The position numbers were made by a program, and so were the translations under genes. The notes beneath the pieces are model-generated. The model saw only the letters and a program-made list of their open reading frames with translations. It was not told where the DNA came from and ran no database searches. 64,000 nt of DNA from TPA_inf: Saccharomyces. Lineage: Eukaryota. Below are positions 54,938 to 64,000 of the stretch, piece by piece. Position 1 is the first letter of the stretch, and each line of letters opens with the position of its first letter. The stretch covers positions 448,001-512,000 of the forward strand of contig BK006941.2 in NCBI GenBank assembly GCA_000146045.2, written 5' to 3'.

Positions 54938-56326
54938 ATGAGCGAAATAAATAATGAAAATCTAGAGCCAACCTCAAGTACAGTAGCTGAGTCTACAGAA
55001 AGCAAGAATAAACACATTCGTAGCGCTTTAAGAAAACGAAGAGGTAAATTAAGCGCCCAAACTTATGAGGAAGATCAAGAGGCTATTTTATCATCTCCTT
55101 TATTGACTTCAACACCTAAAACAGTCTCCAGGTCATTAGTGAGGTTATACCCATATTTAATTGTTGTGGATAACTTTCTAAGTATCATCACTTGGTCCAA
55201 TGACAATGTCTCTGCAAACTTGCTTGGAATATTCTTATTTACGGTTTGTGTTCTATATTTTGGATTTATTACAAGGTATTTTGGACATTTAATGATCGTT
55301 GGTATAATATGGGTATATCTTTTAATTGACAAGCACGTTCAAGAAACAATGGCATCTTGCCCTTCATTGGATGATATAATACACGTTATGGATAGGGTTT
55401 CTATGAAATCTAGCGCTGTGTTATCTCCTATTACGATTTTGAGCGCTCAGGATGTTAGAAGACTGTTATTTACCATTGCCTTCCTATCCCCAGTTTATAT
55501 TTTTCTAACAGTGTTTGTGCTATCTCCAAACTATTTAATGTTAATAGGGGGTCTGTATGTGCTTACGTACCATTCTAAACTAATCCGAAGAATGAGAAGA
55601 TACTTGTGGAAATTTCGCGTTGTTAGATTACTTGTATTTTTCATAACAGGATTAGACCTTGGTGGACCAGATAATAATAGGCGCTTGTTTGCTTCTGTCA
55701 ATAAGAAAATAAGGTCCTTTGTTTGGAATGAGGTAGGGAACACATCTAACACTAAAAAGACTGTACTTTTCAAGGTTGCTCTGTTTGAAAACCAGCGCCG
55801 CTGGCTTGGCATCGGATGGACATCAACTATGTTGAGTTATGAGCGCGCATCTTGGACAGATGAATTCCTAAATACTTCTCCAAGCCCAGAAGTGTTTACT
55901 TTACCAGAGGAGCAGTCGGGAATGGCTTGGGAATGGCACGATAAAGATTGGATGCTTGACCTAACAAATGATGGGATCATTCAACTTCCTGCTTCTGCTG
56001 CTAAGACAAAAGTTAAGCCAGGTGCAGATGAAGGTTTCATATATTATGATAACACCTGGAATAATCCCTCTGCAACGGACACATATAAAAAGTACACAAG
56101 AAGAAGGAGGTGGATCAGGACTGCAACAGTAACAACAACGTATGACGATGAGCCCACTGTAGAAAAAGCTACACCGAATTCTCATGCTCTGAAGAGTGAA
56201 GAAAATAATAGAGTTAGAAAAAGAAAAGTGTCATTTAGTACAGCAAATGAAGTGCATATCATACCTTCCTCGGACAGTAGCAAATTAATACAAATATCTG
56301 ATGTTTCAATGTCTCCTTCTCTATAA
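54938..56326 (+). CDS. PEX31: Peroxisomal membrane protein of the Pex30/31/32 dysferlin-domain family (462 aa, starting MSEINNEN...).
   Basis: Reticulon-like transmembrane hairpins followed by a dysferlin-type domain (WxWxDxxW: WEWHDKDW). Confidence 0.8.
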   Translation: MSEINNENLEPTSSTVAESTESKNKHIRSALRKRRGKLSAQTYEEDQEAILSSPLLTSTPKTVSRSLVRLYPYLIVVDNFLSIITWSNDNVSANLLGIFLFTVCVLYFGFITRYFGHLMIVGIIWVYLLIDKHVQETMASCPSLDDIIHVMDRVSMKSSAVLSPITILSAQDVRRLLFTIAFLSPVYIFLTVFVLSPNYLMLIGGLYVLTYHSKLIRRMRRYLWKFRVVRLLVFFITGLDLGGPDNNRRLFASVNKKIRSFVWNEVGNTSNTKKTVLFKVALFENQRRWLGIGWTSTMLSYERASWTDEFLNTSPSPEVFTLPEEQSGMAWEWHDKDWMLDLTNDGIIQLPASAAKTKVKPGADEGFIYYDNTWNNPSATDTYKKYTRRRRWIRTATVTTTYDDEPTVEKATPNSHALKSEENNRVRKRKVSFSTANEVHIIPSSDSSKLIQISDVSMSPSL

Positions 56327-56656
56327 TGAGTGCATGCCCCATATGGACAACAACGTTCACACTGGTCGGTGCAAGGGCACACAGCAATCTCAGAGTTTCT
56401 TTCATTGGCTGCATGGAGCACAAATTCAATCTTGTGCTTTAAAGTATCTGCGCGGTTATGGCAAGTTCTCCATCAGTCTCTTATTCCAGCAAGCATTCTT
56501 TTACGGAACTTCAATGCATCTAAATACATATGTACAGATAGCCAAAACTAATAGAGACATAATAAATTAAACAAAACTGTAAATTTTAAAAAGAGTATAT
56601 ATAGGGCTCAAGAAACTGCGTAAATATAAAATTAATGAAGAAAATCTGATTGTCAA

Positions 56657-57859
56657 CTAAACGACATCTTCCATTTCTATTTCATCTTCCAAGTCAGCCT
56701 CCGCGTCTCCTTGCGCATTGTCTCCAGCGGAACCTGTTTGCTCATCAGCTAGTTCACCTAAGGTTGCCTTTCTCTCCTCCTCTTTCAACTTTTTATACTC
56801 TGGCCTTAAAGTGTATTTGAATGCATATGGGCCCTTCTTCACTAGAGTGGCAACTTTATCCAAACACTCCTTTAAATGTGCTTCAGGTTGCCTAGTACGT
56901 TCCTTCAACCCCTTCAAGGACCAGTAGTCATACTCATCAAATAACTTGAACAAGTAATCCAAGATTTCCTTCTTTGGCATACGAATAGATTTAATATTGC
57001 TCTTGGCCTTCTCACGCCCCACTTTCAAGAAATTCGAGTTGTCTGACCTCATGGACATACCTGTGTGGCTCATCGTAACACCAACGGTTTCATCCAAAGT
57101 TGTGATCCTTTCCTTATTATTAAGCTTGACAATATTTCTTCTCTGTTCAACAATCTTGTGATAATTAGGATCATTCATTGATGGCATAACCTGACATTCG
57201 TGGCAAACTGTACCCACAATGGCGGTTTTTTTGGGAATCGTCTTCACATATGGTATATATCTATCTCTACCATCCCTATCTGTCATAACTCTGTGATTAA
57301 ACTTTTTTCTATTATTTCTACGTTTTTGCTGCTGCTGCTTCTTCTTAAGTTCCTCTTCACGTTCTTGCTTCTTCAGGTAAGCTTGCCTTTGCTTTTCAGG
57401 ATCTGCTTCCAACTCCTTTTTACGTTGTTGATATTTCTTTAAATTTTGTTCTGTGAAAACATATTCATTTTCTACTACTTTCTTTGTAAGTTCTAAATCA
57501 TATTCGTGCGGTATAGAATCGTTATCATTTTCATTCAATAGAAGTGTGATTTTACTCCCATCCTTGTTTATCCTAATTTTACCCAGTTCTTGGCCATGCA
57601 AGTTGTTTCTGTCCCTCCATTTCTCTGCTAGAAACATGGGCAATCTAACTAACCAGACTTGTCTATTACTACGTTCCAAGTCCAAATCTAAGGATTCTTC
57701 ATAAACTTTGGTTTCATTATTCTCAATATCATTACCGTCAAAAACTTCCTCCTCTTGCGAAAGATACTCATCACCGGAAATGTTACCTGATTTCTCCTTC
57801 GCGACAGAGTTCGTGGAATTATTAGAAAGTGCTGGTGCCCCTGCTGAACCACTGCTCAT
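56657..57859 (-). CDS. TFG2: TFIIF middle subunit (400 aa).
   Basis: RAP30-like N-terminal and winged-helix C-terminal regions, with a charged KKQEREEELKKKQQQQKRR insert. Confidence 0.85.
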   Translation of the reverse strand: MSSGSAGAPALSNNSTNSVAKEKSGNISGDEYLSQEEEVFDGNDIENNETKVYEESLDLDLERSNRQVWLVRLPMFLAEKWRDRNNLHGQELGKIRINKDGSKITLLLNENDNDSIPHEYDLELTKKVVENEYVFTEQNLKKYQQRKKELEADPEKQRQAYLKKQEREEELKKKQQQQKRRNNRKKFNHRVMTDRDGRDRYIPYVKTIPKKTAIVGTVCHECQVMPSMNDPNYHKIVEQRRNIVKLNNKERITTLDETVGVTMSHTGMSMRSDNSNFLKVGREKAKSNIKSIRMPKKEILDYLFKLFDEYDYWSLKGLKERTRQPEAHLKECLDKVATLVKKGPYAFKYTLRPEYKKLKEEERKATLGELADEQTGSAGDNAQGDAEADLEDEIEMEDVV

Positions 57860-58069
57860 GGTGTTAAGTTGGTCTTCTATTTTACTCTTAATATTGCGTT
57901 ATGCGTTGAAGCCAACAGCATATGTCTTATTCTTCTAATTTCAAGCCTGATAATTTATTCATTTCGCGCAAGGGAAGATGAAAAAGTTAAGAAGAGAATC
58001 GACCTTTGGAAAGGGCCCCAATGGAAAGAACTTCAATGTTTTTTCCTCTACAAGTAATAAGAGCATAAA

Positions 58070-58825
58070 ATGGACCTAGATCTAGCCAGTATCTTAAAAG
58101 GTGAAATTTCTAAGAAGAAGAAAGAGCTGGCCAACTCTAAAGGTGTTCAGCCACCATGCACTGAGAAATTCCAGCCACATGAATCCGCAAACATAGACGA
58201 AACACCGCGACAGGTAGAACAAGAAAGTACAGATGAAGAAAACCTGTCAGACAATCAGAGTGACGATATTAGGACCACCATTAGCAAATTAGAAAATCGG
58301 CCAGAAAGGATACAAGAAGCGATAGCTCAAGACAAAACCATCTCTGTAATCATTGATCCATCACAAATTGGTTCTACTGAAGGAAAACCTCTTTTGTCAA
58401 TGAAATGTAATTTATATATTCACGAAATATTATCTCGTTGGAAGGCGTCTTTGGAAGCTTATCATCCGGAGCTGTTCTTAGACACTAAAAAAGCACTCTT
58501 TCCACTCCTACTGCAACTACGAAGGAACCAGCTTGCCCCGGATTTACTTATTTCCCTTGCGACCGTTCTCTATCATTTACAACAACCTAAAGAAATAAAT
58601 TTAGCCGTTCAGTCCTATATGAAACTCAGTATCGGCAATGTGGCCTGGCCTATTGGTGTTACTAGCGTAGGCATTCATGCTCGTAGTGCACATTCGAAAA
58701 TTCAAGGAGGCCGGAATGCTGCTAACATAATGATTGATGAAAGAACGCGATTATGGATTACCAGTATTAAAAGATTAATAACTTTTGAAGAATGGTATAC
58801 CAGCAACCACGATAGCTTAGCCTAA
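58070..58825 (+). CDS. PRP18: Second-step splicing factor (251 aa).
   Basis: Prp18 domain; conserved C-terminal region (NVAWPIGVTSVGIHARSAHSKI). Confidence 0.88.
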   Translation: MDLDLASILKGEISKKKKELANSKGVQPPCTEKFQPHESANIDETPRQVEQESTDEENLSDNQSDDIRTTISKLENRPERIQEAIAQDKTISVIIDPSQIGSTEGKPLLSMKCNLYIHEILSRWKASLEAYHPELFLDTKKALFPLLLQLRRNQLAPDLLISLATVLYHLQQPKEINLAVQSYMKLSIGNVAWPIGVTSVGIHARSAHSKIQGGRNAANIMIDERTRLWITSIKRLITFEEWYTSNHDSLA

Positions 58826-58968
58826 TTGTTGAACTATTGTTTTCGTTATCGCGTGGCACGATATCATGCGGCCAAAATAAGAAGCAAGAATGCAGATGTT
58901 GATAGCCTTTGTTCAATTTTCCAGAGACAAATGCTTTACAGGATCGGGACTTGAAATATACTGACTGG

Positions 58969-59940
58969 ATGACGGTAAACTTAGATCCGGATAAAGTTTG
59001 GATAGACGGCTGCTTTGATTTCACACATCATGGGCATGCGGGAGCCATTTTGCAGGCTCGTCGAACAGTTTCAAAAGAAAATGGTAAACTATTCTGTGGT
59101 GTGCATACCGATGAAGATATTCAGCATAACAAAGGAACACCAGTAATGAACTCTTCAGAAAGATATGAGCATACTAGATCAAATAGGTGGTGTTCGGAAG
59201 TGGTTGAAGCGGCGCCATATGTTACAGATCCCAATTGGATGGATAAATATCAGTGCCAATATGTTGTTCATGGTGATGATATCACCATAGATGCTAATGG
59301 AGAAGACTGCTATAAGTTGGTGAAAGAGATGGGGCGCTTCAAGGTAGTTAAAAGAACATATGGCGTAAGTACTACCGAGATTATACATAGAATATTGACG
59401 AAAAAATCTTTGCCACCGACTCATCCTGATTATTATCCCACCACCCAGGAATTGAGTTTCTATTCTGTCGCCCAAGATGCCGTTTCAAAACATTGTTATG
59501 TCTTTCAGAGGGATTTGGACAATGTCTTGGTCAATGGTGGATACAAATTCGATGCAGAAGATTGTGTTTATGTTGACGGGGATTTTGACTTATTCCATAT
59601 GGGGGATATTGATCAGTTAAGAAAGCTGAAAATGGATCTTCACCCCGATAAGAAATTGATTGTTGGTATTACCACAAGCGATTACTCGAGTACCATTATG
59701 ACGATGAAGGAACGCGTCTTGAGCGTTTTAAGTTGTAAATATGTTGATGCCGTTATTATCGATGCTGACGCCACCTCAATGTCTCAGTATAACTGCGAGA
59801 AGTATCATATTGGCACGGCTGTCCTCACTGCTGCCGGAAAATTCAGTGAATACTTGACTAAAGAGCTTATTGTGAAGAGGGTGGAATCGCAAAGGGAGGT
59901 TTACATTGCGAGGAACCAAAAAAAGGGAATGTCCATATAA
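58969..59940 (+). CDS. ECT1: Ethanolamine-phosphate cytidylyltransferase (323 aa, starting MTVNLDPDKVW...).
   Basis: Tandem cytidylyltransferase HxGH motifs (CFDFTHHGH; DGDFDLFHMGD). Confidence 0.88.
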   Translation: MTVNLDPDKVWIDGCFDFTHHGHAGAILQARRTVSKENGKLFCGVHTDEDIQHNKGTPVMNSSERYEHTRSNRWCSEVVEAAPYVTDPNWMDKYQCQYVVHGDDITIDANGEDCYKLVKEMGRFKVVKRTYGVSTTEIIHRILTKKSLPPTHPDYYPTTQELSFYSVAQDAVSKHCYVFQRDLDNVLVNGGYKFDAEDCVYVDGDFDLFHMGDIDQLRKLKMDLHPDKKLIVGITTSDYSSTIMTMKERVLSVLSCKYVDAVIIDADATSMSQYNCEKYHIGTAVLTAAGKFSEYLTKELIVKRVESQREVYIARNQKKGMSI

Positions 59941-60109
59941 ACAAATGTTGAAAACTTCTTCGAACGTAAATTAAATGGATGTAAGAAAACTGTATTACAT
60001 AAGTCATGAAGTAGGCATGCAAGTATATACCTATAGATGCATATAAATCAGTGGAGAAGGCCACTATCCTTCAGAGATCAAAAAACCTTTTTTTATCTTG
60101 AAAACGCCC

Positions 60110-60364
60110 TCATTCCTTTTGGACGTTTTCAAACTTTTGTTCATGCGATTGCAAATTTGAGCCTCTTCTATCTTTCTTGAACACTGGGGGTATTTCACCA
60201 TTATCAATTAAGTCATCAATCTCATCGCCTGGCTTACCCCAATTACCCTTGCCGGAACCTTGCTTCTTGATGTGATTTGGAGATTCACCGTAGTTACCAG
60301 TGTGCGAAAAGTACTTTGGATCAGCCTTTCCTTCACGTTCGGTCCACTTGTTTGTTCTCGTCAT
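60110..60364 (-). CDS. STF2: Small stress-associated ATPase-stabilising factor (84 aa, starting MTRTNKW...).
   Basis: Hydrophilic Stf2/Tma10 family protein. The track ORF is 7 aa longer. Confidence 0.8.
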   Translation of the reverse strand: MTRTNKWTEREGKADPKYFSHTGNYGESPNHIKKQGSGKGNWGKPGDEIDDLIDNGEIPPVFKKDRRGSNLQSHEQKFENVQKE

Positions 60365-60794
60365 TTTTTCTGATTGGTTGTACACTTGAGCGGTTTGTTA
60401 CTGTTGATTGTTCGTTTATTTGTATAATTGAGTTTACACAACAATTGTTACAATAGTATGGGTAATTAGGGCCAAGAGAGTGACAAAAAGCAAACTTATA
60501 AATAGTCCTTTTATACAAATGACAAGTGTTCGCTTCTGCGCTCGCAGCCCCCTGTTTTCGAAGGAGTTTCTTAGCCTAAGCTAGGCAGGCGCGCCCCCAT
60601 TATCTATCCCTTCATTGCTTACTGAGAGGTTTTCCTCCCCCCCTCCGCGTATATTTCCTCCGCTGGAGAAAATTAGTTGTGGGACGGATAGCATCACTTA
60701 ATTCTGTACCTTTTTGAAACTGGCTTGGTACTTTCTGTTGGATAGCAACATTTCCCGCTGGGATACTTCAACATGGGCTATGAATTTTCTTTTG

Positions 60795-60827
60795 TCTTTT
60801 ATCTTTTATCTTTTATCTTTTATCTTT
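60795..60827. repeat. Tandem 8-bp repeat (TCTTTTAT)x4, between STF2 and SEC9.
   Basis: gtcttttatcttttatcttttatcttttatcttt. Confidence 0.85.
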
Positions 60828-61046
60828 AAATTATTTGAGCTCGGTTAAGTTCATAACTATTGCGTGCCCGAATGGTATTCTTTCAATTCACAACCAAACA
60901 TTAAAATGAAGAAAGCATACTCTTATATTATATCAATGTCTTTTTCTTTACTTATTTGTCTTTGCTCATAAATTTCTACATAATGGTAGTAATGGTGATG
61001 AAATGTTGTTACTTGTGATATATTACATAGTTTTTACAGGCATATT

Positions 61047-63002
61047 CTATCTGATACCTGCCAACCTGTTGGTATTCATATGGAGATTGATATCTAGATC
61101 ATCAGTGCTTTCCTCAATGTTGTTGAGACGTTTTTGCTGAGAGTCTAATTCTTTACCAGTGGTCAAGGCCATTTTCTTCAATCTGTTGCTAACCTGCTGA
61201 ATCTGGTCCAAATTCCTATCAATTTCCAATTCCATTTCGTCATCTTCTTCATCATTCTCAAACTGATATCTCTTTGCCTTTTCTAGAACATTCTTCCTCT
61301 GATATCTTTCCCGCACCTCACTTATGTTATTATTTGCGTTCATAGCACCCTCTATTCTTTGAGTGGACTGAGACAATTGTTGACTTGTTTGCTCTCTCAT
61401 TAATTTTTCTTCAATTTTCCTATTCTTCAGCTGCTCTTCCCTCTCCCTTCTCCTTCTCTTGGAATTAAACGGATTAGAAACATGGACAGCCAATATACTA
61501 CGGTTCAATTTTTTTAGTTCTGCAACTTTTTCATCTGCAACTTTATTTTGCACCTTCATTAAATCTAAGTTTCCTTCTACGTTATTCAATTGTTCACTTT
61601 GATGACCCAGCATACCCAATGTGTTCATACCTGCTCTTTCGGCGTCTTGAGCCATTTTTAGTGTATTTCTAGTAGAGGCTACGGAACTCTGTTTCGTAAA
61701 TTTGATCTCCTGCTTGATTTCATCTACTGCTTCATCTTCTTCCTGCTGCTGGCGAGCCTCCTCTTCTTTTTGTATTTCTTCAAATGTTTTGTAACCCCTT
61801 TGATCTCCATATTGGTTATTTGTTGCGTTAAAGTGTTGCTGTTGCTGTTGCTGCTCATCCATGAACCACTGTTGCTGCTGCTGCTGTCTTGAACTATGAT
61901 CAACTTCGGACGCATTTAAATCTATTGAATCTTCATTCGTCATTACTGCATTCAAATCAGGCTCATCTAATGCCGCTCTATTTTCTGCAGACTTGTCAGC
62001 ATAAACTTCTTCAAAATCAAATTCACCTGTTCTAGGTTCTTCATTTAAATCAACTTCACTATTGCGTGCTGCTTCATCAGAAGCAATAAAAGAGGGCGTA
62101 TAAGTCATTGGAGCTTGTTGCGATTGCGGTTGACGCACACTTCTACTAGAATATGGATTTGCAGACCTGTTCAAATTTCCATTACTATATGAGTCGTTCG
62201 CCATAGAGGCGTATGGATTTGCATTCTTGGAGCTTCCTTGTCGAGTACCGCTAGATCTATTAGTATTGGAGTCATACGCCCCGCCATAACTATTCATATC
62301 AGCGTAAGGATTTCTCTTTTCTTGCATCGGGTTTGCTAAGGGACTTCTTTGGTCAAGCGATAAGCTGTTGGTCGACGTTGAAACCGGCGGTTGCCTTGTT
62401 TGCCTCGAAGGCCCTACGTTTAAAGTGCTGTTTGAATGATTTAAACTATTACGGCCATTCGCATTCACCCAGCTGTTTGAAGTATTTTGGTTACTATACG
62501 GGCCATCGTTATTATATGAATTCAGAGATGTGCCATTGTACCCCCCTCCATAATCACCATAAGGCGCAGCATTGACGCTACCTCTCCCATTACTTTTATT
62601 AGCTTGAAACCTTGCATAAGGATCGTCATCATATCGGTAATCATCATTTTCGATAGCGTACGGATCTTGCATAGAATTGGATTCTGCTCCATTTCCGAGA
62701 TCTTGCGTGCCACTTGAACCTCTATTAGAACCAGCAGTTGCCTCGTTAGCATTGGCATCTAAGGGAGAAGCATTCAAATCCTCAAGTTCATCCTGTGGCC
62801 TAGCATACTGCTCATAACCTGGTGGCGCGTATACCTTATCTTCAGCTTTATCATTTGCAAATTTACCGTAGGCGGCAAATTTCTCTTTTCTTTTCTTGCT
62901 AGGGTTTTTGACACTAATACCCAGTTCCATCAAAGTATCCTTGTTCTGTTCTGGTGTCGCTTCCTCTGGAGGCTTAATCTTAAAAAATTTCTTTAATCCC
63001 AT
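61047..63002 (-). CDS. SEC9: Plasma-membrane t-SNARE, the SNAP-25 homologue (651 aa).
   Basis: A long N/S/Q-rich N-terminus followed by two C-terminal SNARE helices (Qb and Qc). Confidence 0.88.
   Translation of the reverse strand: MGLKKFFKIKPPEEATPEQNKDTLMELGISVKNPSKKRKEKFAAYGKFANDKAEDKVYAPPGYEQYARPQDELEDLNASPLDANANEATAGSNRGSSGTQDLGNGAESNSMQDPYAIENDDYRYDDDPYARFQANKSNGRGSVNAAPYGDYGGGYNGTSLNSYNNDGPYSNQNTSNSWVNANGRNSLNHSNSTLNVGPSRQTRQPPVSTSTNSLSLDQRSPLANPMQEKRNPYADMNSYGGAYDSNTNRSSGTRQGSSKNANPYASMANDSYSNGNLNRSANPYSSRSVRQPQSQQAPMTYTPSFIASDEAARNSEVDLNEEPRTGEFDFEEVYADKSAENRAALDEPDLNAVMTNEDSIDLNASEVDHSSRQQQQQQWFMDEQQQQQQHFNATNNQYGDQRGYKTFEEIQKEEEARQQQEEDEAVDEIKQEIKFTKQSSVASTRNTLKMAQDAERAGMNTLGMLGHQSEQLNNVEGNLDLMKVQNKVADEKVAELKKLNRSILAVHVSNPFNSKRRRREREEQLKNRKIEEKLMREQTSQQLSQSTQRIEGAMNANNNISEVRERYQRKNVLEKAKRYQFENDEEDDEMELEIDRNLDQIQQVSNRLKKMALTTGKELDSQQKRLNNIEESTDDLDINLHMNTNRLAGIR
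61835..61887. repeat. (CTG/TTG)n tracts encoding a Q-run (QQQQQQWFMDEQQQQQQ) in SEC9.
   Basis: ttgctgttgctgttgctgct ... gttgctgctgctgctg. Confidence 0.8.
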
Positions 63003-63544
63003 TCTTTTGGTGTCAATGGTGTATTATTCCGAGTTACTCCAGGCTAGGTTCAGGAGTACCAAGAATGTACTTTATTTATTTATACACCGGAGCAAGTCAT
63101 ATAATTACGCAAACGATTCGAAATTGTTAAAAGCAGGATCAACGTATCTCATTTCTTTTTGAAAGACGGGTAATAGAAAGTCTCTGAGTCGCACCCCACA
63201 TGGATATCGTACTATTCGTATATGGAATGTAAAATACTCGCAATACGATTTTATTTAGCTTCACAATCTCTCAAACTTATCGTCTTGATCAATCTTTACG
63301 TTTTACCAAATAATCGCCTGTTTCTGGCCATTTTTTGCTTATACCATCTACCATACTCGCTGTCCATATGTGACGGTGTCGTCTCCAAGAAAAATAACAA
63401 TGTAAATTGACCCAGCGTGACGACAGTAGACTGTAAGTTATAGTACAATCATACTCTACCTTAGTCACTGTTCCTCCACTGTTAAGTAGAGAGAGAGAGA
63501 GAGTTTAAAGTGGAGAAGGCAAGAAAAAGTGCACTTATTACGTA

Positions 63545-64000
63545 ATGGATCCCACCAAAGCACCCGATTTTAAACCGCCACAGCCAAATGAAGAACTACA
63601 ACCACCGCCAGATCCAACACATACGATACCAAAATCTGGACCCATAGTTCCATATGTTTTAGCTGATTATAATTCTTCGATCGATGCTCCTTTCAATCTC
63701 GACATTTACAAAACCCTGTCGTCAAGGAAAAAAAACGCCAACTCAAGCAACCGAATGGACCATATTCCATTAAATACTAGTGACTTCCAGCCACTATCTC
63801 GGGATGTATCATCGGAGGAGGAAAGTGAAGGGCAATCGAATGGAATTGACGCTACTCTACAGGATGTTACGATGACTGGGAATTTGGGGGTACTGAAGAG
63901 CCAAATTGCTGATTTGGAAGAAGTTCCTCACACAATTGTAAGACAAGCCAGAACTATTGAAGATTACGAATTTCCTGTACACAGATTGACGAAAAAGTTA
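63545..64000 (+). CDS. NMA2: Nicotinamide mononucleotide adenylyltransferase, N-terminal 152 codons only. The gene continues past the window end.
   Basis: Begins MDPTKAPDFKPPQPNEELQPPPDPTHTIPKSGPIVPYVLADYNSS... and stays open to the window edge. Its position after SEC9 fits. Confidence 0.8.
   Translation, partial: MDPTKAPDFKPPQPNEELQPPPDPTHTIPKSGPIVPYVLADYNSSIDAPFNLDIYKTLSSRKKNANSSNRMDHIPLNTSDFQPLSRDVSSEEESEGQSNGIDATLQDVTMTGNLGVLKSQIADLEEVPHTIVRQARTIEDYEFPVHRLTKKL

Noticed and set aside
1-64000. Search for tRNA genes, Ty/solo LTRs (delta TGTTGGAATA..., sigma TGTTGTATCTCAAAATGAG...) and CRISPR-like arrays.
   Set aside because: A visual scan of all intergenic regions found no A-box/B-box tRNA motif (GGTTCGANTCC), no LTR termini and no direct-repeat/spacer arrays. 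CRISPR is not expected in a eukaryotic genome in any case.

Overview
This window reads as a contiguous, gene-dense stretch of Saccharomyces cerevisiae chromosome VII, roughly 448-512 kb, spanning the point centromere CEN7. I identified the genes by recognising the translated ORFs from memory. No search or alignment was run, so gene names carry that caveat. The gene order is TRP5 (partial) - PGD1/MED3 - PIB2 - STT3 - ALK1 - GET1 - CKB1 - JAC1 - ATE1 - KAP122 - YGL015C - PUF4 - PDR1 - ERG4 - SCL1 - MPO1 - LEU1 - PMA1 - (BRP1) - PMC1 - COG7 - RPN14 - CDH1 - ERP6 - ERG26 - CEN7 - EFM5/YGR001C (two introns) - SWC4 - CUL3 - PEX31 - TFG2 - PRP18 - ECT1 - STF2 - SEC9 - NMA2 (partial). Several six-frame ORFs run upstream of the start codons I remember; I trimmed those to the internal Met that matches the known N-terminus. 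I found no tRNA, rRNA, Ty/LTR or foreign insertion, and CRISPR is not expected in a eukaryote. Gene spacing and order match the compact reference yeast arrangement, so I see no evidence of a previously undescribed system. The reportable observations are regulatory motifs, the centromere architecture, a rare two-intron gene, repeat tracts, and one long ORF-poor regulatory island between PMA1 and PMC1.
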